From positions 104,658,001 to 104,722,000 of the forward strand of contig NW_024704742.1 of assembly GCF_018977255.1 (NCBI RefSeq): 64,000 bases of DNA, written 5' to 3'. Below the pieces are notes generated by a model. That model did not search any database, was not told where the DNA came from, and saw only the letters and a program-made list of their open reading frames with translations. Positions 1 to 12,502 of this stretch are shown in pieces. Every line of letters starts with the position of its first letter. The first letter of the stretch is position 1. The position numbers and the translations under genes are program-made. This stretch comes from Callorhinchus milii (lineage: Eukaryota).

Positions 1-217
1 TCCATAACAATTTATATTAATTACAGTGCCTTTCACTTACAATATAACACCTGAATACACTTTAGAGGATAGCACTGATTAAAAATAAAGTGAATGTGTA
101 TAACAAAGCAGCAACTAATTGTACTGACAACAGTCCCTGAACATCAGTGTGATAATGGATCATTTTTTTGATCAAATTCGAAATTCATTTGAATGTGGCA
201 GAACATCTGGATGGGAA

Positions 218-594
218 TAATAATCCTTGCATTTGATATAATGCCTTATCAAGTCTTCAAGACATTTCAAAGCACTTCAAAAATTATACTGTAAGGTTAA
301 TTGACTATATATTTTGTGGGCAAAACGTGGCAGCCAATTGTGCACAGCCATGTCCCACAAACAGTCGGGAATTGAGTGAACAGATTATTATTATTTTTTG
401 AAAGGATTATTACCCCCGGAAAAGCGAGCCGCCAATCGACTAGCAATCGGGTTCCTACTTAGTGCTAGGTAAACAGAGACGTCTGGAGGAAGGAATTTTG
501 CCTAACATTTTGCCCTTCCCAGGAACCGAACGCAGATACTATCGCTTGCAAGGCGAGCGCTCTAAGCAACACGCTACATACATTGCAGGACTCC
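218..594 (-). mobile_element. tRNA-derived SINE, older long subfamily
   Basis: Reverse complement of the GGAGTCCTG head, a GTCTCTGTTTACCTAGCA body and an AAATGCAAGGATTATTAT tail. Confidence 0.8.
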
Positions 595-1319
595 ACTATG
601 AAGGAAATAATAAACCAGAATAAGTGGAAGGACAATCTCCGTACTTATTTGAAATTGGGAAAGTGGATTGAGTCTCCTTATACCCGAGGTAGACCAAATT
701 TAAATAAATAACACAATCAAAATAGAGTTTGTCATCTGGAAATAAATCAATTTGTATTTAATGTGGAATATTAATGTATAGTCAGACTGTCTGTGCCAAC
801 AACATCCCACAAACAAAGGTGAAAAAAATTGAGGGGGAGTGAATTTAGGACATTTAAATAAAAATCTTTCCCTGTGCCTAAGTTCATTTCCCTATCTGCC
901 TGCCTCGAAGTCAATCTCCCCTGTTGTTAAGTGCTCTGAGATGCTTCCCCTTGTGATGGATGCAAGTTGTTATTGTTGTTAAATTGACAGGGGCAATTCT
1001 AAAATTAAAACAGGAGAAAAAAACAAATGAAAAGTAGAAAAAGTAGAGTAAAAAATAAGTGCAAAATGGATATAGTGTTCGTTTATATTGTTTACATTGC
1101 ATTTATATTGGGAGGACATCCCAAGATGCTGGACTGTCGAGGGTTTGCACCTGAGCTGATGGTTGGATTCAAGATAGGTGGGCGATAAGGGAAAGATGGT
1201 GGCGGGCTTAGTGTTAGAACACAAGAATTTGCTGGGCGAAAGAAAACAAAGATCCATCTATCCTGGCAACATCCTGGCAGTAGCATGTCGTGTCCCAAAT
1301 TATACACTGTATCCTGAGA

Positions 1320-1552
1320 TAATAAGAACATAATTGTGTTTATCTGAGTTGTTCGGATCTAGAATGTATTGCCGGAAAGGTTGATGCAAGCCAATTCAAT
1401 AACAGCTTTCAAGAGAGAAGTAGGTAGCTATATGGGGAGGATAAATTTGCAGGGATATGGGGAGAGAGCAGGGGAGTGGGATTAACTTGGACAGCTCTTT
1501 CAAAGAGCCATGATGAATGGTTTCCTCCTGTGCTATACAGTTCTATGATTTT
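1320..1552 (+). mobile_element. CR1 LINE 3' end
   Basis: TTCAAGAGAGAAGTAG...GGGATATGGGGAGAGAGCAGGGGAGTGGGATT...TTCTATGATT, typical of a CR1 3'UTR. Confidence 0.7.
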
Positions 1553-1835
1553 ACGATAAGAATTTGCCATAATTACTCGACAGTCAATGTTTTAGTCATT
1601 AGAGATTCTCATGACTCATTTATGACAGATCTACCATTTGCAGAATATTTATTTTGATGCGTGATCCTACCATCCGCTGTCCTCATCATCCATTCTATAT
1701 TTCCTTGAATTGATCAACTTTATTTCATTGTAAGATTCAGATGACTTATGCCTTGAAGTCCTTTTAGTGACTGGTCAGACGCCAAGCAGCAGAGAGGGGG
1801 AGAGGAAAGAGAGCACGAGGTAGCTGAAAGCTTGT

Positions 1836-2165
1836 GGAGTCCTGTGGTCCAGTGGCTAACACACTTTCCTCACAGTGTAGTGGTTAGTGTTAGCTCTCCT
1901 TGGTTCAATTCCCAGATGGGCAGTTTAAACAAACGCAATCCTTTTGTAAATAGAAACCGGATTTTTAGTCGACTGGCAGATTGCTTTACGACCAAAATTT
2001 GGTCGCTCAATTCATGACAGTTAATGAAACTGCATGCAATTGACTACTGTATTTCAACCACAAATCACACAATTGATCCACTTTACAAAACATTCTGTAA
2101 AGCGCTTTGAGACATCTCAATAATGTGATGAGGCGTTATATAAATGTATGGATTATTATATTATT
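1836..2165 (+). mobile_element. tRNA-derived SINE (diverged)
   Basis: GGAGTCCTGTGGTCCAGTGG...GGTTCAATTCC head and ATT-repeat tail. Confidence 0.75.
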
Positions 2166-4099
2166 AAAGAGATCTCGGGGTATCAGTGGGCTTATCATTC
2201 ACCACGTCAAAATCATGTGAGGTAGCAATAAATAAGGAAAGTAGGATCCAGATAATCAAAATAATCTGTTACCTTAGTCAAAACTTCCGTGAGCAGCTTG
2301 CCTCCTAGCCCTTTATGAATTTGATAGATTTTTTTTAGCTTAGGAGTGATAAGTTTATCTTAAAGTTCCTACAGGCTGCTGCAGGCAGCACTCGATGCAG
2401 CCCCACCCATCTCGATTTTGCCGGTCGAGCATTAAAAAAATCGCTTCTCCCAGAAACCTGCAGCCATAGGAACCTGTCTAGCTAGAGCAGCCTGTGGATC
2501 ATGAGGTATAGGCACAAATGAATTCAGTTCATGCTCCTAAAAGATACACTCAAGCTGTATAATGTTCTTGTCAAGCTGCCAACATAAACTGTCTGCAGTT
2601 CTGGTCATAGAATAGAGGCCACCCAACTCTGGAAGAGGTGCAGAGGAGAGCAATGATCCCTAGAGGGGATGAACTAGAAGACAAAAATTAGAGGAATGAA
2701 CTATGAGCAATGGTTACATTTATATAGCGCCTTCCATGTCAGGAGGATGTCCCAAGGCGCTGGACATTTCAGACCCGAGCTGGGGTCAGGGGGGGAGAAG
2801 GGAGGGGAGAGGAAGTGCGGTTAGATGAGTTAGTGTTAGAGTTAGTTAGTGCTCTTCAATCTTGGAATCATTCTCAGTATATCTTAAAGGGGTATCCAAT
2901 ATTTTAAATGGGATTTTAAGTGCTCCAAGACATTGCCCCATGTGAAGTGCGCTATATAAATGCAAGTTGCTGTTATTGTTGTTGTTGAGTGAACACAGAA
3001 CATTACTTTTTGATGCATCAAGGCAACAGAAGAAGAGGAGAAAGAGTAATGGTTGCAATGGCCAATTTCAGGACAGACACCAAGCTTTTTTTATCCAGAG
3101 GATAGTTAATGATTGGCAGGGTCATTGATCCTGTACATATTTATAAACATCCTGTGTTGTGTTCAGATCTTATTATGATGAGTATTCTAGAAGGATAAGA
3201 TCAACTGGGAAACCCGGCTATCTTATCTTTGTGATTCATATCACATCATAAATATATGCGTCAGTCTTATTTGGGTGATACCACTCTCGATGAGTCATAA
3301 AGTTGTAGGTTCAATGAGTTTGAGCGAACATAGTCTAGGCTGACACCCCAGGTGAATGCTGCGGTACTCTGCAAAGTTAGAAGTGCCGTCCTTTGGATGA
3401 GATCCAACTGCATGTTCAGATCGCTGTTAAAAATTCCATGGCACTACTAAAAAAGAGTACTCTGGACAATGATCACCCAAATAAAATTTAGTCATTTACT
3501 TCATTGCTATTTGTGTTACATTGGTGTACATAAGTGTGCTGCTGTTTTCGGCTGCAAGATACACAGTCATCACCTTCACAGTAAATCCTGTGAAGCGCTT
3601 TGAGACATCCTCCTGACGTAAAAGGTGCTGTATTAAGTGGAAGGATTATCTCACTTACAATTGTGTCTCGTACCATTTTATTTCAAATGCTTTTAGCATT
3701 TATCTATGCACCTAATTTTACTTTTTATTCCTTACATTCCTCGTCCCCCTCCAAATCTATTTTAAATGAAACACAATTGCTGTGTTTATGTTTTGTGCCA
3801 GCAGTTTAGTTCCCCATTTATTGAAGTGTACAGCAGCCTTACTGGAACATTTCATCTATTTGAAAAAGTTTCCCAGTTGTCTACAAACTCAGTTCCGTCC
3901 TGTGCATACAATTTGTGACCTGTTGCCCCTTAGAAACAATAAACATGTTATATTTCTAGTCACTCACTTTATTAATTACTGCTGTGTATCCATCTTAATC
4001 ATTGTGACCCTCCCAACTTGTATCTCATCATCTCTCTCTCTTTTAAGGTTGGATCTCATAATTTGTTTCTCTAACCGTGTTCTGGGTCCTAATATTTAT

Positions 4100-4451
4100 T
4101 ATAGTAGTCATTGCATTTGATATAGCGCCTTATCACATCATTAAGATGTCTCAAAGTTCTTCACAGGGTATTGTAAAGTGGATTGACTGTTTATTTTGTG
4201 GGTGAAATGCGGCAAGTTGATGGCGCACAGGAGTGTCCCACAAACAGACGTCGATTCAGTGACCAAATTATATATTTTTTTAGGGATTATTACACCTGGA
4301 AAATGATACGCCAATCGAATAACAACCAGGTTCCTTCTTACTGCTATGAAAACAGGGGTGTGTGGAGGAATAAAAGTTGCCTAAGCCGGGGAACCAAACT
4401 CGGGTCCTCTCGTTTGCGAAGCGAGCGTGCTAACCACTACATTACGGGACT
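4100..4451 (-). mobile_element. tRNA-derived SINE, older subfamily
   Basis: Reverse-complement head, body and tail similar to 218-594. Confidence 0.75.
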
Positions 4452-7400
4452 TACCTCAACATCTTTGTAGGAATTCAATTCAATACCATGTACTTGTCTC
4501 TATTGTGCAGTCCTCTTGCAGTTGCTTTTGCAGTTGAAAGCAGCATTTGTTCCTCCAACAATTCTTGAAGGCTTTTTGTTTTCTCATTTGTGTCTTTGAG
4601 CAATAGTTGCAGCTTCTTCGATCTGTTGCTTTTTGAGCAGATATCTTCTGGCATTGCACTATTTTGTCACTTTCCTCTTCACATCATAAGGCAGAAACTT
4701 GCACACATCACATTTTACGCAGTGATAATAATAATCCTCATTATTTTCAAGTTTCTCTTTTATCCATTTCTCCATCTTTATGTCTGAATAGGTTTCTGCT
4801 AGGATTCTTCTAACTCCTCTTTTTTATTTAACTTAGGTGGCACTTTCATCTCTGAGTTAAAAGAATTGTGAGCTCAAGCCTCATGTTGGGACTTTGAACT
4901 CATATAAGCTAGAATGACACTTCAAATAAGCTCGGACATTAAACCAAACCTGCCTGTTCAGGGGGCATTAAAGATGGCAATACTCAAAAAGAAAAGGGAA
5001 TTTCTCCTCATGTTCTGGCCCACAATCCTCCAGATAAAATTAATCATTCAAACCTTGGCTGTTTGTTGGACATTGCTATGCACAAATTGGCTGCCATGTT
5101 TGCCTGCAAAATACCCTTTACAGTAAATCACTTGAAGTGCTATGAGAAGTCCTTCTGAAGTGAAAGTTAAAAATACATCAAATGCAAGGATTATTATTAA
5201 TTATTTCTTGTTGATATGTTAATTTCTTGAACTATGAGAAATCTATTTAGTTGCTTTTATCCCAGACTGTTACAAGAAAATTTATTTTTAAGATAAAATC
5301 TGAAAGAGCTTAGCCTTTTAATGTTATTTCCTTAATTGCTTCCCAACCAGCAATAGTATATCTATCTATAAGCCTTGTCCAAAACTCTCCAACAATACTG
5401 TACTATTGTGTTTTTCAATTACAGGTAATTCAAAATTCTTTATGCATATAAATTATTATTCGTTTTTCATATAAATAATAATAATAATCCTTGCATTTAT
5501 TATTGCCTTATCACGTCTTCCAGTGCTTCACAGAATATGCTGGAAAGTGAATTGACTGTACATTTTGTGGGCAGCCAATTATGCACAACCATGTACCACA
5601 AATAGTTGTGGATTGAGAGATCAAATTATTTTATTTTTTATTTCTTTATTCTGAAGGGATTATTCCCCCTGTAAAAGCAATCCACCAATCGATTTAAAAC
5701 CGGGCTCCTACTTACTGCTAGGTAAACAGAGACAAGTGGAGTAAGCATAAATAATTATTCTTTCTTCATTTCACCCAAAAAAATAGTAAATCCACTTTAC
5801 ACTGTATCCTGTGAAAGACTTTGAGATGTCTCAATGACGTGATAAGACACTATATTAAATGCAATGATTATTATTATATGTTACCTTCCTACACTCTAGG
5901 AAGTGTTCAAAAGTATACACTTTTTAAAAGTGTACAAGCACTTTTAATGTCAATATCTTTGTTTGCTAGTTTACTACCTATGGTTGATTTAAAGTTACCC
6001 TTCACTTTGGCTATAGACTAGGACATTTATTTACCCCAGATTATTTTGTGTTATTTACTACTTTACCCAAGTAAGTTTTGTAAAATTTCTCAGATCTTAG
6101 ATAACACTTCTTTCACTCACCTTCCACAACTCAATCCATAACTGTTTGTGGGACTCTGCTGCGCACAATTGGCTGCCGTGTTTCACCCACGAAATGTACA
6201 GTTAATTCACTTACAGTATATTCTGTGAAGCACTTTGAGACGTCTTGAATACATGATAAAGTGCTATATCAAATCGAGTGAAGTGAAGGAAGTGGATATC
6301 ACTGTTTGGATTAATTATTCCAATATAACACAGAAAAGTGCTCTTGTTCTATTGCAGGTTAGCAGTTGGAGCAAATTGCCATTGTGCCTTAATACAATTC
6401 ACAGTTTAGTGACATCGGATCATAGAGTTACATAACTACATAAAATTACATGGAGTGATGTGGCACGAAAATGGGACGTTCAGTTTAACAAGTCCATGCC
6501 GAAATTTATACACTTCATCAGCCTCCATCTCTCCCATTCCCCTCTCCTGTACCGCTTGATTCATTTCTCCCCTGTTTAAGTGCAGATCTACATATCTCAT
6601 TGCAATGTAACCACAATGTCATAATCTAAAGATCTGCTTCTGTTGGAATCACAGCATACTTTACAGTTTCTGTTCAATGCTTTAATGATAGTCCTAATAA
6701 TAATCATTCTATTTGAGAAAATGCCTTAAGATACCACCAAGAGTGCTTCACGGTGCTTTATACTGTAAAGTGATGTGACTGGGTATATTTTCTGGGGGAA
6801 GGTGGCAGCCAATTTGCACATTGCAATGTCGAGCAAACAGCCATGGAGTGAGTAACCAATTCTATTTAGGGGATTACTGACTTGGACATCACAAGAAACT
6901 CTATTTTCTTTTCAAATAGTGCCATGGGATCTTTAAAGCCCACTTGGACAGGCAGACAGGAACCTCGGGTTTATGTCTCATCAAAGAACATTATAGGACA
7001 ACCTCAGAAAAGGCAATATACGGGTCAAGTTCCAACATGGGATTTAAATGCACAACCTTTGACTCAGAGGTGATAGTTCTTTCAACTGAGCCAGACTGAC
7101 ATATGATATCATTGGTTGTCAGAACACTAAAACATTTGAATATCAGTTGAGCTTTCTAGTCCACAAGCAGTGAAAGATCTGCAGTAATCATTTACAATGA
7201 TGATTCACTTTGTGGCTGTTGGTAAGATATTGCTGTGCACACGGGGTGCCATGTACCACCCACAAACACAACAGTGACTACACTTCACAATAAAACCCTG
7301 TGAGGTGCCTTCATCATGTGATAAGGCGCTCAAATCCAACGAAAAGTCAATTGAGTGGAACACCCAGTGAAACACTGCCCTCTTCCATCAGGGTTGAGAT

Positions 7401-7632
7401 CAACGTGAACAATAACAAAAAGAAATTCACTGGGGGAGGGAATGACAGTGCTCTCTGCTTCAGGGGACTCTTTCGTGGAAAACGTGTAGTTACTCATACA
7501 GCATATTTAGTCTGTCCCCACTCTGCCCTTTAACTCGTCATAACTATCCTCCAATTGAGCTATTACTAATGTATTTTCACTGTAACGATGACATCACCCA
7601 CAGGGCAACCCCCCCCCCCAGCAAGAGGGGAC

Positions 7633-7762
7633 ATGGCATGGCATGGCATGGCATGGCAAGGCAGGGCAGGGCATGGCAGGGCAGGGCAAGGCATGGCATG
7701 GCAGGGCAGGGCAGGGCAGGGCAAGGCAAGGCATGGCATGGCAGGGCATGGCATGGCATGGC
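7633..7762. repeat. (GGCAT/GGCAG/GGCAA)n pentanucleotide microsatellite abutting assembly gap 7763-7787
   Basis: Direct reading; ends in a run of N. Confidence 0.97.
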
Positions 7763-7889
7763 NNNNNNNNNNNNNNNNNNNNNNNNNCTAGACTGCATTA
7801 GATTTTTTATCTAATTTATCTAATTTACCTAGATTTTTTATGGGATTAATGCAGGGGAAAACTAATTCTTTCAAAAATAATAAAACTAA

Positions 7890-8340
7890 TATAATAATCT
7901 TTGCATTTCATACAGCGCCTTATCACGTTATCGAGATGTCTCAAAGGGCTTCACAGAATATACTGTAAAGCGAATTAACTGCATATTTTGTGGGCGAAAT
8001 GCAGCAACCAATTTTGCACCACAAAGTCGTGGATTGAGTGACCAAATTATTATGATTATTTTTACAGGATTATTACCCCCAGAAAAGTGATTCGCCAATC
8101 GACAAACCACATTCAAAACTTTCTGGAATTAGGTAAGCAAGGGGTGTCTCTCCTAGTTCCAGAAAGTTTTGAATGTCGGTTGACAAGTCATAGCTTATTA
8201 TTATTATACTTGGGGAATTTAACCAACAGTAGCCACAAAGCATGCCACAGGTTCCTATTTACTGCTAGGTAAACAGAGGCGTGTGGAGTCAGGGAACCTC
8301 CCCAATGTTTCACCCTGCCTGGGAATCAAACCCAGGTCTG
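7890..8340 (-). mobile_element. tRNA-derived SINE interrupted by a ~150-bp fragment of another repeat
   Basis: Tail at 7890-8100, foreign segment ~8105-8245, head and body 8250-8340. Confidence 0.7.
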
Positions 8341-8449
8341 TCTAGGTTCAAATTCCGGATACCCGGAGGCTTACTGTACATGAGTAATATCTGTTTAGGG
8401 AATGGCACCATATTATCTAGCATATTTCAGGAAAAAGATAAATAAAACA

Positions 8450-9050
8450 ATCTTAATTCATGAAGTAAAGTAGGATGTCAAAGCGGAATTGCGAAGAGAA
8501 AATATCAAGTAACATTCAAAAAATAGTAAGGCATTCATTATACAGTCACGTTAGTTAGTAAAATAATTGTTGAAGTAGGGAAAGAACCACAAAGAATAAG
8601 ATCACAGGATATAATAAATAAATAGCTATGATCTAAATTTATACTTTACTTCAATTTTCACAAAGGAGACAGATAAAGAATATACAGATGGTGTTAGGAA
8701 TAAAATCACTATAGATACGTTAGGGAGGATGGAGGTACTAGATAAATTACACAACCTTAAAGAGGAAAACGCAGGTCGAGAAGGACTTGGTGTCAACCAA
8801 TGTTGAGGTTAAGTGTTCTGATACGCTACTAATATGAAGCGTGCTGTATAAATGCAAGTTGTTGTTATCGTAAACAAACTGGCGAGGACACTGTTGGGGA
8901 ACTGGTATATGTATTTATGAACTTTGTAGAGAAAGGAATTGTATTAGAGAGCTAAAAGGTGGTGAATATAATTCACATTTTTAAAACAGGAAATAGAGGC
9001 CAGAGAAATAATCCTGGAAACCACAGGCCAATGTGTTTAACATTTGTGGC
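8450..9050 (+). mobile_element. Decayed CR1 ORF2 fragment
   Basis: Remnant NIIHIFKTG...NPGNHRPMCLTFV (cf. NVxPIFKKG...PGNYRPVSLTSV). Confidence 0.65.
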
Positions 9051-9369
9051 ACGCTTTGTGGTTATCGTTGGTTAAATTCCCCAAGCTATCACTTGTCAAC
9101 CCACATTCAAAACTTTCTGATATTAGGTAAGCAAGAGGTGTTCTTCCCACGAAGAGAGTAAGTTTTGCATCCCAGCCTCGAGGGCATTTCCATGTGTATG
9201 TTACATACTGTCTGGCTCAGTTGTAGCAATCTCACCTCTGAATCAGAAAGCTGTGGGTTAAAGTCCTACGTCAAGACTTTGAGCCCATAATCTAGACTCC
9301 AATGCAGTGCTACAGGAACCATAGAAATTTACAGCACGGAAGAAAGCCATTTGGCTCATCACATCTTGT

Positions 9370-9768
9370 GGAGTCCTGTAGCTCAGTGGTTAGAGCGCTC
9401 ACCTCACAAGTTCTCACCTGGGTTCAATTCCCGGCAGGGCCAAACCTTGGGCAAGTTTCCTTATAACAATAATAATAATAATCCTTGCATTTGATATAGC
9501 ACTTTTCACGTCTTCTCGACGTCTCAAAGCGCTTCACAGAATAGACTGTAAAGTGAATTGACTGTATATTTGTGGGCGAAATGCGACAGCCAACTGCCCA
9601 AGATTTCACCCTGCCTGGAATTGAACCCAGGTGTCTCGCTTACAAGGCGAGTTTCGTGTTTCGCCCACCAATATACAGTCAATTCACTTTACAGTTTACT
9701 CTGTGAAGCGCTTTGAGACGTCTAGAAGACGTGAAAAGGGCTGTATCAAATGCAAGGATTATTATTAT
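9370..9768. mobile_element. Nested opposite-orientation SINE pair
   Basis: Order is head(+) 9370-9462, tail(-) 9468-9595, head(-) 9596-9651, tail(+) 9652-9768. Confidence 0.8.
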
Positions 9769-10599
9769 CTTTGCCAACTCTATTCAGTTCTACTTATCCG
9801 CCCTTTCCCCATACCGCTGTAGTTGACACTTTTTAAGATATTTATCTAATTTACACAGTTACTAATTTACCAATACTGGTGGCATGTGCCATGCATTCAT
9901 GTTGATGCTGTGTTGCTCACCAGCGAGCTCACAGGGAATTCCAGGTATCTGCATCCACCTAGTGAAGACTGAAACCTGTGCTTGTCTGATGTGAAACATA
10001 ATAATAATGATTCTTTCATTTGATATAACGCCTTATCACAAATTCGAGACGTCTCAAAGAGAGCCACAGAATATACTGTAAAATGAATTGACTATATATT
10101 TTGTGGGAAAAATGACTTTGTGACACCTAGCTGACTAAAAAAAAGGAAAGCAAGACTAAATCGCGTGAGTGGCACAATCAATATTACAATTAATACGGTA
10201 TTTTGTAGTCGACTGGAATTTCCATATTGTACATAGTGTATTATAAACCTTTCATCTAAATAATTTACTTTCCATATCAACACAGCCAGCTAATGTTTTG
10301 TATTGGGTTATTTTGCAAACCAGGATTTCCGATTGGTTGTCTATGAGGTTTCTTTACTGAAAATGTCTGGTAGCAAAGCAAACCTTCATTTAGAACTCCC
10401 TGTACTTTATATTTGTTTGTTGAGTTTATAGAATGACCAGGCTTTTTGTCATCAGTGTCTGTCATCAGTTTAGGGTTCAAGTTAGGGTTATAGGGGTAGG
10501 CCTGGGTCATGGGTAGAGAAAGGCTGTCAGAATAAATGCACATATTTAAACCTAGATCATTGTGCATTAAACGTTTTAGAATAGATTACCTGTTTTTGT

Positions 10600-11470
10600 A
10601 ATCTTTGATCCTATAAAGATTTCCTTTGATACCAAGGAACTGAGGACCTGGATTAAGCATTTGGTACTGAGTAAGCCTGGTACGTGGCATTGGTCTTGGA
10701 CCTCGAGAACATCAAGGTAGCTAGCACATCACAAGCTGTCCTGTAAAGGTCCACTCACCATGCTGAAGGCAGATGTCCAGCTGATGATCTCAGCTGACGA
10801 GAAGCTCTGAGGCTTGGGGCAACAGCTGCTGGAAGGCGTTACGTGGAGTCTGAGTTTGTAGCCATTGTGGACACATGTTCGTACGTCCAGTACCTGGAAC
10901 GCACCTTGATTGGCCTGCGGAGCCAAGCAGCTGCTGCTTAAACTCCGCACTTTCAATTGTTGGAACCATCGCTCAATGGGACATGTACCTGTCGCGGACG
11001 GGACAACAACACAGCCAATCTGGCTCATCAGCAAGACTTGGAAGGGCAGACCAGTTACTGGGACAGGGAATCATCCCACTCAGCTTCTGTAAGCCAAAGC
11101 CTAACGAGTTGGGTAGTCTTACCTGGACAAGCAGTGGGAAAGCTTGCCAGACAGCAATATCAATGGCAAGCTATGAGGTTTTAGCTGGTTAAACTCCAAC
11201 AGTACACCAACGCACACTCTGGGGTCCCCAAGTCTTGGCTCTTGCCAACCTGTGCCTAATACTTTCCTGAATTAGGTAAGCAGAATGCGTCCTTCCAGGG
11301 AGAGTGCATCCCATTCCAACAATTTCGCTCTGGAATTTCCACGTGTAGGTGGGATGCATAGAAATCTTGGCTTGGTTTGGATACTCTTAAGCATGGTGAT
11401 TGATACCAAGAAATGTAGATTGAGTAACCAACAACCCACATCTAAACTATTATCGCATACACCCGGCTGA
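10600..11470 (-). mobile_element. RTE-like LINE 5' region (5'UTR + decayed APE N-terminus)
   Basis: Minus-strand GGTACTGG-ACGTACGAAC-ATGTGTCC (GT-W-N-VRT-MCP-like) and QLDICLQ..EWT remnants; upstream part repeated at 40180-40575 and 20700-20910. Confidence 0.4.
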
Positions 11471-12329
11471 CCCACACAAAATTGATACCAAGAAATGTAG
11501 ATTGAGTAACCAACAACCCACATCTAAATTATTATCTAGATCGAGGAGATATTGCAGCACCAACATTTTGGTGCACTTAAGCAGGAATCATTCTGAACTC
11601 CTGGGTGTAGCCCTGCTCCCTACCCATCCCACACTCTATTCAAACACTAGGCTCTGGCAACCTTGTTACCAAAGAGGTCTGATAGACGCACCCCTTTGCA
11701 TGTCTTGAACATTCTGACTATGCTCTGCTCCTGTGGGCAAAAAATACCAGATCTGCATTGTAGGGTAGAACGTTTAATGTTAAAAAACATTCAAATTAAA
11801 ATGTTGCCATGGATCAGTGCTGCCATGCATAAGTGGAGCTCTGTTTGCTTTGGTACTCTTAACATGGTAATGGGTTTCCACGTGTGCCAGACACTCCGGC
11901 TGAACAAAAAAACAGGCACAATGAAAAACTCCCTTTTTTTTTTGAATAGTGCATTGGGATCGTTAAATGTTCACCTGAACAGACAGGACCATGATTTAAT
12001 ATCCAATCTGCAGGACACCCCCAGCAATGCATTGGAGTTTCATCTTAGACTATGAGCTCAAAGTCGCAATGCGGGGCATGAATCCATAACAATTTGTCCT
12101 TCAAGTTTCACATCTGGTTTTACTCAGCTTTCCCTCACCTCAGCAATGTTACCCATCTCCACCACTATCACTCCTCTTGGACTGCTGAGATCCTAATTGA
12201 AGTTTGTATCATATCCAGGTTTGCCTATTCCAACACACTGCTTGCCAGTCAAGAGGACTCATAATTTATACTTTTTCTGTCAGCCATGACACACATGGAA
12301 ACTAATATCCATACTTAAGAGGCACCAAA

Positions 12330-12483
12330 CCAAACAAAACGCAAATACTGCAGATGCTGGAAACCTGAAACAAAAACAGGAGTTCTGACGAAGGGTCGTG
12401 GACCCAAAACGTTGACTCACTTTCCTTTCTCCATAGATGCTGCCTGACCTGCTGAGTGTTCCCAGCGACTTGTTTTTGTTACA
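12330..12483 (+). mobile_element. Penelope-like (PLE) terminal repeat with an inverted 5' piece and a hammerhead motif
   Basis: 12380-12483 is the forward unit (CTGACGAAGGGTCGTGGACCC..AAACGTTGACTC...GATGCTGCCTGACCTGCTGAG). 12330-12378 is the reverse complement of the unit's 3' end. Same family as 38704-39190. Confidence 0.75.
12380..12418 (+). ncRNA. Minimal type-I hammerhead ribozyme motif (G12>A, likely inactive)
   Basis: GAGTT-CTGACGA-A-GGGTC-GTG-GACCC-AAAA-CG-TT-GACTC: helix I, CUGANGA core, helix II, and a GAAA core with one substitution. Confidence 0.65.
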
Positions 12484-12502
12484 AACTATTGAGTTTTGCA
12501 TA

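Noticed and set aside
7566..7814. Overlapping ORFs MPCPAMPC / GMAWHG
   Set aside because: Pentanucleotide microsatellite next to an N gap.
11399..11536. CRISPR-like repeat-spacer-repeat
   Set aside because: Only two 56-bp units in vertebrate DNA with no cas genes; a local duplication.
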